Assembly (NCBI RefSeq): GCF_000020025.1
Contig: NC_010628.1
Span: 2,310,001-2,342,000, forward strand
Direction of reading: 5' to 3'
DNA length: 32,000 nucleotides
Source: Nostoc punctiforme PCC 73102
GTDB taxonomy: Bacteria; Cyanobacteriota; Cyanobacteriia; Cyanobacteriales; Nostocaceae
Part shown: positions 17,430-25,565 of the stretch, in pieces
Position numbering within the stretch: position 1 is the stretch's first letter
How the letters are laid out: each line of letters begins with the position of its first letter
Notes under the pieces: generated by a model
What the model saw: the letters and a program-made list of their open reading frames with translations, nothing else
What the model was told of the DNA's origin: nothing
The model's database searches: none
Program-made: the position numbers and the translations under genes

Positions 17430-18554
17430 ATGAATACATCGATCGCGAATGATATGCTCACGGCTTTGAACATTCTGGTGTTAGAAAAAATTGATGCAGG
17501 TTTATTTAAAATTATTGGTAATATACCTGATTGGTTAAATCAATTTTCTTGTAAAAATTTAGCATCAGGAATGAATATATCAATACCACATGAAGAGTTT
17601 TCTTTTTTAAATAATTTTTTAGTTGATGCCGAAAAATTTTGGACTAACAATAATACTAAAAAACTCAGTTCAGGTTTATGGACTGAAATAGATGCAACTG
17701 GACAAGAATATCAATTTAAAGCTTATGCCATTTGTGTAGATAATAGGAAATTTTTATTGATTGAGGCGTTGGAAGATTCTTATCAAGAACAGCAGTATAT
17801 TCTCCAAAAAGCTAGAGAATATAAATTGATTTATCAGCAATTACTTAAGGATAATCAAAAAAAAGATGTTCTAGTTCATTGTCTTATCCATGATATAGCA
17901 GTGGAATTGAGTGCTATTAACTGCTGTTTTGCACTACTAGAATTTGAAAACTTAACGCCTAAAGGAAAAGAATATTTAGAAACTGGTATAAAGCAATGTC
18001 TAAAACAAGAGATGCTGATTAAAGATATTTTAGACGCTTTTTCTACTGAAGCGATGTTAACAGAAAATTCTCATATCGATATTGAAAAAGCACCTAATAT
18101 CTTAAGTTCTATACAAGAGGTAATTGAGTTTTCAAAACTGAACTTTGCCCTTAATAATATCCAATTACAGCTTGCTAGCAATATTGATATGACAACAGAC
18201 TGGAAAGTTATGGGAGAGAAATCTCGTTTAGATAGAGTGATTTCTAATTTAGTAGAAAATGCTTATAGATATAGTAACCCAGATTCTATTGTGACTATTG
18301 GTCTACAGTTGGATGGGCAATATGTTTTAGTTACTATAGATGATTGTGGTTTGGGTGTACCGCCAGAAATGGAAAAGAATTTATTTCAAAAGTTTTCTCA
18401 AGGCAAAGGTAAATCAGGGAGAGTTGGTTTAGGTCTTTATTTTTGTAGAATCACACTTGAACGCTGGGGAGGTATGATTGGTTATTTGCCTCGTATTGAA
18501 GGTGGTTCTAGATTTTGGTTCCGCTTGCCAAGACTACCATCAGTGATGAGTTAA
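17430..18554 (+). CDS. Soluble sensor histidine kinase (unknown N-terminal domain + HisKA + HATPase_c)
   Basis: H box LIHDIAVELSAI, N box ISNLVENAYRYS, G1 DDCGLGVP, F box LFQKFSQG, G2 GLGLYFC. No hydrophobic helices and no receiver domain. Confidence 0.85.
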   Translation: MNTSIANDMLTALNILVLEKIDAGLFKIIGNIPDWLNQFSCKNLASGMNISIPHEEFSFLNNFLVDAEKFWTNNNTKKLSSGLWTEIDATGQEYQFKAYAICVDNRKFLLIEALEDSYQEQQYILQKAREYKLIYQQLLKDNQKKDVLVHCLIHDIAVELSAINCCFALLEFENLTPKGKEYLETGIKQCLKQEMLIKDILDAFSTEAMLTENSHIDIEKAPNILSSIQEVIEFSKLNFALNNIQLQLASNIDMTTDWKVMGEKSRLDRVISNLVENAYRYSNPDSIVTIGLQLDGQYVLVTIDDCGLGVPPEMEKNLFQKFSQGKGKSGRVGLGLYFCRITLERWGGMIGYLPRIEGGSRFWFRLPRLPSVMS

Positions 18555-18600
18555 GAAGTGTCCCGCTTAATAAATTCATTACCGCTAATTGCGTGGCAAG

Positions 18601-19380
18601 CTACTTCAGATAAATTAGCAAATTTAATCCCGGAATTGTGCGAGAAAGAGTCCACAAAACAAGAGTAATGTAAATTACACCTAAACTCCATTCATACCAA
18701 GCAAGTGCAGAGATGATGCCTGGTAAGTGTTCGTCTCGCAGGCGAATGTCGTTAAATCCTAATTTCACTAAGTTGTTGAGACTAAAATCATAGTAGTTGA
18801 GCCAGTTCCAACGGCGATCGCTCAGTAGAGGCATATATCGTTCACGAAATGTCTGATTCCTTGGTATCACTGGTAAACGCCCAATCAACAATCGTAACTG
18901 GCGAAATGTGCCATCTTCGGTGAAGTAAGAAACGTTCATTAAATCGTGATAACGACCTTGTTGGTAAAGTCGGATCAATAATGCCAGTGGTACGGGGACA
19001 AGAATTATGAAAAGACACCCCAATGTCAGCCAAGGTTGTTGAGCATTGCGAAAGATGGCTAGTAAGCTCAAGAATTCTAAAACGCTAAAACTGACTAATA
19101 TCGCAATGGTTTCGTAGGATGTGGGAATAATTGGTACAGGATGCAGGCGGCGATAGCGATCCACTAGCCAAAATAGTAAGCCAAAATAGGCGATCGCAAC
19201 TCCTCCCACGCCAAACACTAACCAAAAATTCGTCCCATAGCCACTCAACAACAGCAGTACACTCAATCCCAACCAACTCCAAGCTTGCAGTAACCAGCCA
19301 CTAATAGAAAGGGATTCGCCAACAATTAAGCGATCGCTCAGTTGTGTGTATTTTTCTAAATCGATGTCTGCTAAGGTCAA
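18601..19380 (-). CDS. Polytopic membrane domain; probably the C-terminal part of the upstream pentapeptide-repeat gene (frameshift)
   Basis: 259-aa ORF with a TTG start and several hydrophobic helices. Its frame stays open for another ~25 codons upstream (LGFSATQAAAIAQRRLIKSFRNSSELL) with no start codon in that stretch. Confidence 0.6.
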   Translation of the reverse strand: MTLADIDLEKYTQLSDRLIVGESLSISGWLLQAWSWLGLSVLLLLSGYGTNFWLVFGVGGVAIAYFGLLFWLVDRYRRLHPVPIIPTSYETIAILVSFSVLEFLSLLAIFRNAQQPWLTLGCLFIILVPVPLALLIRLYQQGRYHDLMNVSYFTEDGTFRQLRLLIGRLPVIPRNQTFRERYMPLLSDRRWNWLNYYDFSLNNLVKLGFNDIRLRDEHLPGIISALAWYEWSLGVIYITLVLWTLSRTIPGLNLLIYLK

Positions 19381-19409
19381 TAACTCACTACTGTTGCGGA
19401 AGGATTTTA

Positions 19410-20822
19410 TCAGACGACGCTGGGCGATCGCTGCGGCTTGAGTTGCGGAAAAACCCAGTTAATCAAACTTGCAACACTTGCACTATTAATATTTGTAGCT
19501 GTCAAATGGCGGCTCATTTCTACTAATCGCAGCTGTTGTTTTGTGTATTCCAGTTCATTAGCATCAGCAACTTGTTGTTGCTGACGGAAATTTTGCCCCA
19601 AATTTCGCAAAATATTTTGATTACCTTGCAATGTAGGAATGCAGAACATTTTACCAATCTGACCGGGATTACCTAAAATTTTTGCTTGGTTAGAGTTAAA
19701 AGTTAAACCAGGTACGCTTAGACAAGCTTCTGGAGAAAACCTGGCATCGCTAAAATCTGCTTGATTGAGAATGCTTGCACCTTGTAAATTAACTGATTGA
19801 TTAAACTCCACTTCTCGAAATATGAGAGCTTGCTCAAAAGTCGCATCTGTTAAAAAGAGAAACTGATTAAAATTTGCTTTAGTAAACTGGGCTTGATTGG
19901 CAAAGCGGACATCAGAAAAATCAGCATTTTCTTGCCATTTCACACTACTGAATTTAGCCAATTGCTTAAAAGTTGCTTGGTTGAAGTTAGCAATCTTTTC
20001 AAAGATACTCCCGTGAAAATCAGCGAATTCCTGAAATTGGGTTTGTTTAAAATTAGCTTTTTCAAAAAAAATACTGCCCTGAAAATTGCTTGGTTGCTTA
20101 AATTTAGTACCACTAAAGCTGACGGGACGACCAAATCGGGTTTCAGCCCAATTCGTGGATTGCAGAAAAGTTGCACCTTGGGCATCCACAGACTGAAGAA
20201 AGAATGTATTAGAGAACTTCATTTCGCCATTGAAGCGAGTTTGCACGAGTTTCAAGACACCACGAAAGACGGCAATTTCACTGGATGAGGTTGGCTCTCT
20301 TCCCAAAAGCGATCGACAATCTTTGGAGTTGGCTAGTGATTCTAGACAAATAAAGCGCAAACGCTCTAGTTCTTCTTTTTCAGTAGCTGTGAAAATCGGA
20401 GCAATAGCTTGGGCGTATAAGGAGGTTCTTAAACCCAAATCGCTGCCCACAAAATCCCCTAAAATCAGGGCATAGCTGAGGTCTAAACCCAGAGGTTTTG
20501 TACCTAGCTCTTTTCGCAGTAGTTGGTAAAAAGCATCACGAAAGCTAGCGTTTTCGAGGCGCAAATCAATCACCATCTTCTGCAAATCTACCGTAAAATT
20601 TCCTTCGCGGAGTGTTGGTGTGCGTAGACGTTCTTGTAATAATTCCAGAGTTAGGGGTGTACGTTCTGGTTGCGTCTGTGCTGCTGAAGTAGGTAGGGGG
20701 AGGAGGAGAAGTAAAACGCAAAGGAACGCAAAGGGAAGCGCAGAGGTACGCAGAGAAAGCTTTCTGGGTATCTTTGCGTTTAACCTCTGGGTGCATCTAT
20801 GTTTAAAAAATAAATTATGCAA
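19410..20822 (-). CDS. Pentapeptide-repeat protein with N-terminal signal peptide
   Basis: Long run of A(D/N)LXX-type pentapeptides (ANFKQTQFQEFADFHGSIFEKIANFNQATFKQLAKFSSVKWQENADFSDVRFANQAQFTKANF...). Hydrophobic leader LPFAFLCVLLLLLPLPTSAA. Confidence 0.8.
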   Translation of the reverse strand: MHNLFFKHRCTQRLNAKIPRKLSLRTSALPFAFLCVLLLLLPLPTSAAQTQPERTPLTLELLQERLRTPTLREGNFTVDLQKMVIDLRLENASFRDAFYQLLRKELGTKPLGLDLSYALILGDFVGSDLGLRTSLYAQAIAPIFTATEKEELERLRFICLESLANSKDCRSLLGREPTSSSEIAVFRGVLKLVQTRFNGEMKFSNTFFLQSVDAQGATFLQSTNWAETRFGRPVSFSGTKFKQPSNFQGSIFFEKANFKQTQFQEFADFHGSIFEKIANFNQATFKQLAKFSSVKWQENADFSDVRFANQAQFTKANFNQFLFLTDATFEQALIFREVEFNQSVNLQGASILNQADFSDARFSPEACLSVPGLTFNSNQAKILGNPGQIGKMFCIPTLQGNQNILRNLGQNFRQQQQVADANELEYTKQQLRLVEMSRHLTATNINSASVASLINWVFPQLKPQRSPSVV

Positions 20823-20831
20823 ATTGTTCGA

Positions 20832-21839
20832 TCATTTGTCGCTAATGAGTAGAACAATTTTACCCGTCACAGAACCGCTTTCAATTAGTTGGTGCGCCTT
20901 AGCCGCTTCTTTTAAAGGAAACTCGTGACTAACATGAATTTTTAACTTTCCTTCATCGATCCAGGTGGCACATTGTTCGAGAATTTCTGCATGATGCTGG
21001 AGGATGTCTTCCAATCCTAGCAACGCTGGTGTCAGCATTAATTCTAAACCAATGCGTAAATTGCGTAGTCTAGCAGTTTTCCAAACAGTATTGGCATCTG
21101 GTTCGAGAATCGTCACAATATCACCATATACTCGCACTGCGGGGAAAGTTTTGTGAAAGGTTTCGCCGCCTACGGTATCAAAAGCCAAGTCTACGCCTTC
21201 GCCGCCAGTCCAATCTAATACCGCTTGCACAAAGTCGGTTTGTTTGTAAAAAATTACATGGTCTGCACCAAGTTCTTTGACGAAATTAGCCTTTTCCTCA
21301 GAACTGACTGTGGTCGCAACAGTAGCACCTTTGAGTTTCGCCAATTGAATTGCTACATGACCGACACCACCAGCACCAGCATGAATGAAAACCCGTTCCC
21401 CAGGTAACAATCGTCCCCGTTCGTATAAAGCTTCCCAGGCGGTGATTAATACTAAAGGTGCTGCGGCTGCTTCTGTAAAGGAGATAGAGGCAGGTTTACG
21501 TGCCACAAAGCGCTCATCCACAACGCTATATTCAGCATAATTGCCTTGGTGTGCGCCCAACCCGCCGTAGCAAAAGTATACTTCGTCGCCTGGGCGAAAA
21601 CGCTGAACACCAGCCCCCGCAGCCTCAACTACACCAGCACCATCACATCCTAAGATTGTCGGCGTGCGATCGGGGTAGAAAGTGCCTCGGCTACGAAGTT
21701 TAGTGTCAATGGGGTTAATGCCAGCCGCCACCAAACGCACTAAAAGTTCAGTATTCCCTACGGGAACCGCAGGGTTTGGCACTTCCTGTACTTGCAGAAC
21801 TTCAGGACTGCCAGCTGCTGTCATCAAGACTGCTTTCAC
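20832..21839 (-). CDS. Zinc-type alcohol dehydrogenase / quinone oxidoreductase (MDR superfamily)
   Basis: MKAVLMTAAGSPEVLQVQEVPNP..., GCDGAGVVEAAG, and the Rossmann motif IHAGAGGVGHVAIQLAKLKGA are the typical MDR/QOR pattern. Confidence 0.85.
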   Translation of the reverse strand: MKAVLMTAAGSPEVLQVQEVPNPAVPVGNTELLVRLVAAGINPIDTKLRSRGTFYPDRTPTILGCDGAGVVEAAGAGVQRFRPGDEVYFCYGGLGAHQGNYAEYSVVDERFVARKPASISFTEAAAAPLVLITAWEALYERGRLLPGERVFIHAGAGGVGHVAIQLAKLKGATVATTVSSEEKANFVKELGADHVIFYKQTDFVQAVLDWTGGEGVDLAFDTVGGETFHKTFPAVRVYGDIVTILEPDANTVWKTARLRNLRIGLELMLTPALLGLEDILQHHAEILEQCATWIDEGKLKIHVSHEFPLKEAAKAHQLIESGSVTGKIVLLISDK

Positions 21840-22022
21840 TATTCTTTCCTCCTGGCTTTAGATGCACGTTCTTATGCAACTTTAGCGCAAGGGGTAGACA
21901 CAAAATTCTGTCTGAAGAAAAACTGCTGTATAGCCCAGGTTCAGTTAAGCAAATTTATCTGTTAAGGCAGGCAGGGGAGACAGGGGGAGCAGGGGAAGAA
22001 TCCGTAACTCCTAACTCAGCAC

Positions 22023-22048
22023 GGGCTAAACGCCCCGCTACCGCTAAC
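22023..22048 (+). repeat. Short dispersed repeat GGGCTAAACGCCCCGCTACCGCTAAC
   Basis: A reverse-complement copy lies at 26692-26717. It is preceded by a G-rich STRR-like run (21968-22000). Confidence 0.8.
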
Positions 22049-22434
22049 GAAACTGTATTGCTGTATAGCCAGCAATTAAATGACATCGAGACAAATTCAT
22101 GTCATCAACCAAGCTTGTCTACTGCACACTTATAAACCTTGGTGTTAATTCCACCTGTAAGTATAAGAGTGTGGACTCTAGGGTAGAGGACGTAAATTCA
22201 CACGAATAAATCTTAATACTCAGGTGAAAGATAGAATGGTAGGTTTTTTACAGTTTATCTATCGATAGGTACTGGATAAAAATTTCCAAGTAGTCTTACT
22301 TCCTCCTTCCAAAGATGAGGAAGAGTTTCCCGTCGCAATACTTCTTACGCTAGAAAGCTTTCTATTCTTTTTCCTCTCATTCTTTCCTCATTTCTCCTCT
22401 CCCTTGCGTCCATCGCTTTTCACTCCTTTGAGTA

Positions 22435-24357
22435 ATGATAAAGACTCTACGCTCCCTTCTTTCCTACGCAGCTTTAACTACTATTGCTTTGGTAGCTGTA
22501 GTCACAACCCAGTTAGGTACTATGCAGAAAACTCCTGCGATCGCTAACATTACACCTACCGTTATTCATTCGTTTAATAGCAGTAATAAGTCCGATGGTT
22601 CGACTTCAGAGGCAGAATCTGTACAAAACAGCGATGGTAAGCTTTACGGTACGAGGTACGGGGGAGGCGCAAATGATAAAGACCTGATTTTTAGGGTTCC
22701 TCCTAATGATAGTAATTTCAACCTTTTCTATTTGTTTAGGGAGAAGTATGGTCAAAGGACTAATCCTAAAATTGCGGCTACCCAATCTACCACGAGCTTG
22801 TACGTCTACGTATCTCCCACAGGAAGCGACACCGGAGGCGATGGGTCGCTAGGCAAGCCGTTGAGGACGTTGGCCTATGCAGCAAAACGAGTTCAACCGA
22901 ATCAAAACTACACGATTTACCTGAACGCAGGTGTCTATAGGGAAACGGAAGCGACGGTACTTCCGCCAGGTGTGAATATCGAGGGAGCAGGTGAATCAAG
23001 CGTGACTATCACTAGCAACAGTGCAATTCCTGCTCCAGGAATAAACACAGGTAGTACCGACTGGAGTCTTTTGCATTATGGAAGCATTATTCAGCTTGTC
23101 TCGCCTAGCTACTCCGGCTCAAGCCCTAGGTACGGGGCTCCTTCTGAAATGGTTGAGGCGACAGACGGCAATCAGACCTTAAGCGGCTTCACCATAGACG
23201 GGAACGGCAAGACCATCAAAGCCGGTGTCTGGGTAGAAAATCGTAATAACGTGACTATGCATAATGTCACGTTCAAAGATTTCCAGCACAGTGGTGCAGT
23301 TTTTACCCGTGGCAATATGTGGTGGTTCGTCCCGCTTCCAGAGGGAAAGTGGATGAAGAACACAACGATATATGATTGCACGTTTATCAACTCCGCAGCG
23401 GATGGAGTATCGGGAGGATCTACCGGGAACCTGAGACTTGGAGGGTTGGATGGCGCTGCCATCTACAACATTACTATCCGAGAAAATAAAGGATACGGCA
23501 TCAAGTTCATGCATGTAGGTCATCTGCGTAACGTGAAGATTCACGATTGCGACATCCAGGTTCCGGAAGTCGATTCACAGTGGAGCGAGGATGCTTCCAT
23601 TGAACTTTGGAATTTGAGTTATGGAAACGAAATCTACAACGTTACCTCTAATACGTGGTTATCGATGGTTAATCATGCAGTAATGAATGATTACCAGCCG
23701 ACAGCTACACACCCAAGCAATCTCAAGATGCGAAACGTAAGAATAAAAGATATTGACGGACAGAGTGTTAAGGAGTCAATCGAGGTTGCCTTGAGTGGAG
23801 TTGAGATATCCAACTCCTACTTTCAGGATAAGGGCTTCGGTATTGCGATCTGGGGAGGGAAAGCATGGGGCGGAAGTATAGAAAATCACAACATCAACAT
23901 CCACAATAATATTTTCGCAAATGTTGCTCGTAAAGTTCAATTTGGTTTCGGGAACAGTGCTGCCGTCTTCATTCCCGATTCAGCTTCCAACATCAAGATT
24001 CACAACAATGTGTTCGATACCTTAGGGAATAGTCTACAGCTCGACTCCGCAGACAAGATATCGATCAAAAATAATGTGTTCTTGAACTCTCAAGGAGACG
24101 ATGTGCAAGGAGGTAACAACATTGCTTTCACTAATAATCTCCGCAGGAATACGAACCCAGCAAAACCAACTTGGCAGATCCGATTCGCGGCTAATGCGAC
24201 AAACATCCAGGGCGATCCAAGATTTACAGGTACAGGCGACCGTTGGAACACTTACTACAAGGCGGCTTCGTCACGCAGTCTTGTGGTGGATAGAGGAACT
24301 AATGTAGGACTTCCTTACTCCGGTTCGGCACCTGACATCGGTCGATGGGAGTGGTAA
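22435..24357 (+). CDS. Secreted or anchored right-handed parallel beta-helix (pectin-lyase-fold) protein
   Basis: N-terminal hydrophobic segment, then YVSPTGSDTGGDGSLGKPLRTLAYAAKRV (a DUF1565-like beta-helix cap), then many repeats of the form N.T..N..F / I.I.NN.F (IHNNIFANV, IHNNVFDTL, IKNNVFLNS). Confidence 0.75.
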   Translation: MIKTLRSLLSYAALTTIALVAVVTTQLGTMQKTPAIANITPTVIHSFNSSNKSDGSTSEAESVQNSDGKLYGTRYGGGANDKDLIFRVPPNDSNFNLFYLFREKYGQRTNPKIAATQSTTSLYVYVSPTGSDTGGDGSLGKPLRTLAYAAKRVQPNQNYTIYLNAGVYRETEATVLPPGVNIEGAGESSVTITSNSAIPAPGINTGSTDWSLLHYGSIIQLVSPSYSGSSPRYGAPSEMVEATDGNQTLSGFTIDGNGKTIKAGVWVENRNNVTMHNVTFKDFQHSGAVFTRGNMWWFVPLPEGKWMKNTTIYDCTFINSAADGVSGGSTGNLRLGGLDGAAIYNITIRENKGYGIKFMHVGHLRNVKIHDCDIQVPEVDSQWSEDASIELWNLSYGNEIYNVTSNTWLSMVNHAVMNDYQPTATHPSNLKMRNVRIKDIDGQSVKESIEVALSGVEISNSYFQDKGFGIAIWGGKAWGGSIENHNINIHNNIFANVARKVQFGFGNSAAVFIPDSASNIKIHNNVFDTLGNSLQLDSADKISIKNNVFLNSQGDDVQGGNNIAFTNNLRRNTNPAKPTWQIRFAANATNIQGDPRFTGTGDRWNTYYKAASSRSLVVDRGTNVGLPYSGSAPDIGRWEW

Positions 24358-24361
24358 CAAT

Positions 24362-24409
24362 ACTTGTCGGGTTTTGGGGGAAAGGGAAAAGGTTAAAAGG
24401 GAAAAAACC
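24362..24409 (+). repeat. Second copy of the ACTTGTCGGGTTTTGGGG(G)AAAGGGAAA repeat
   Basis: Matches 3701-3730 and starts 5 nt after the beta-helix gene stop. Confidence 0.75.
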
Positions 24410-24435
24410 GCGAAACATTGTGTTTCACGGTTTTC
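24406..24435. terminator. Hairpin plus T-tract between convergent genes
   Basis: AACCGCGAAACA ttg TGTTTCACGGTT followed by TTTC. The stem is imperfect (two mismatches). Confidence 0.45.
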
Positions 24436-24532
24436 AGTGTGGTGTAAGGAGCTTAACTAAATCTCATCATAAAGTAACAGCCCAACAACAACGCACTGGT
24501 AACAATTTTGGTAACAGACTTTTTTAGAGGCC

Positions 24533-25522
24533 TTAGAGCAAAGCACCACCACAACTAGAACCACACCCAGCAGTACAACCATAGCAATAAGCAGCAGTTT
24601 GGATCTCACTAATCAGGTCTAGACTGCCAGCTTCTAGCAATTTGCTAACTGTTAAGGTTGCAGAATTGTCAGTTTTTGCAGGCAAATTCATCATCTGGTT
24701 AAAGTCACAATCATATACATTTCCTAGATAATCAATTGAAAGTTGATCGAGGCACATCAAATGTTCAACTGTGCCAGGATTAAAATTTGACTCTAAAAAC
24801 TGCAAATAGCTACTGTACAGTTTTCTCCGTTCTAAATGTATTTTAGTTCTACCAACTGGTAGGTTAGTAATGGTGAAGAGGTTATTAAATAGAATATTAA
24901 AATGTTCTTGTAAGAACATTTTATAATCTTGTTCTAGGTTAGTCTGTTCGGGAGCTAAGGAAAATTTTTCAGTAATGGGTAACTGAGGATTAAATACCAA
25001 GTCCAAAATTAAATTTTCCTCTTTACCATAGCCGAGCTGGTTAAGCCATTGCAAAGCTTTGACTGAACTATCAAAAACGCCAAAACCACGCATTTTTTCA
25101 ACATTATCTGCTAAATAGCATGGTAAGGAAGCTACAACTCTTATTTGGTGTCGAGCAAAATATTCTGGTAAATCAGCAAATCCCTCTTCAAAATAAATAG
25201 TCAAATTAGACCGGACAATCACCTGCTTACCGGTTGCTCTTGCTGCTTCTACTAATGGCTTAAATCCATAATTCATTTCTGGTGCGCCACCAGTCAAATC
25301 CACAATTTGAATTTCGGGAAATTTATGGATTAGCGAAATCAATTGTTCGCAAACTTCAGGAGAAAGTTCTTCTGTACGTTTTGGACCAGCTTCGACATGA
25401 CAGTGTGTACAGGCAAGGTTACAACGCTTACCTAGATTAATTTGTAAAACAGAGATCCCCTTTTTTGCCAAAGGGGAATTTAGTTTATTTTTAAATAGTG
25501 TAATTTTTGATTGAGTTTGCAT
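24533..25522 (-). CDS. arsS: Arsenosugar-biosynthesis radical SAM protein ArsS (radical SAM / Cys-rich C-terminus family)
   Basis: Radical-SAM cluster motif CNLACTHC and LTGGAPEM. The C-terminal Cys-rich tail CYGCTAGCGSSCGGALL is characteristic of the ArsS family as I remember it. It lies in the same cluster as an ArsM-like methyltransferase. Confidence 0.75.
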   Translation of the reverse strand: MQTQSKITLFKNKLNSPLAKKGISVLQINLGKRCNLACTHCHVEAGPKRTEELSPEVCEQLISLIHKFPEIQIVDLTGGAPEMNYGFKPLVEAARATGKQVIVRSNLTIYFEEGFADLPEYFARHQIRVVASLPCYLADNVEKMRGFGVFDSSVKALQWLNQLGYGKEENLILDLVFNPQLPITEKFSLAPEQTNLEQDYKMFLQEHFNILFNNLFTITNLPVGRTKIHLERRKLYSSYLQFLESNFNPGTVEHLMCLDQLSIDYLGNVYDCDFNQMMNLPAKTDNSATLTVSKLLEAGSLDLISEIQTAAYCYGCTAGCGSSCGGALL

Positions 25523-25565
25523 TAGCTACTATTCCTTAAATATGACAAAAAATTATTCAATTTCT

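Noticed and set aside
21776-22135. 119-aa ORF in the intergenic region upstream of the beta-helix gene.
   Set aside because: It overlaps the start of the MDR gene in antisense and then reads through the G-rich STRR-like run and the GGGCTAAACGCCCCGCTACCGCTAAC repeat.
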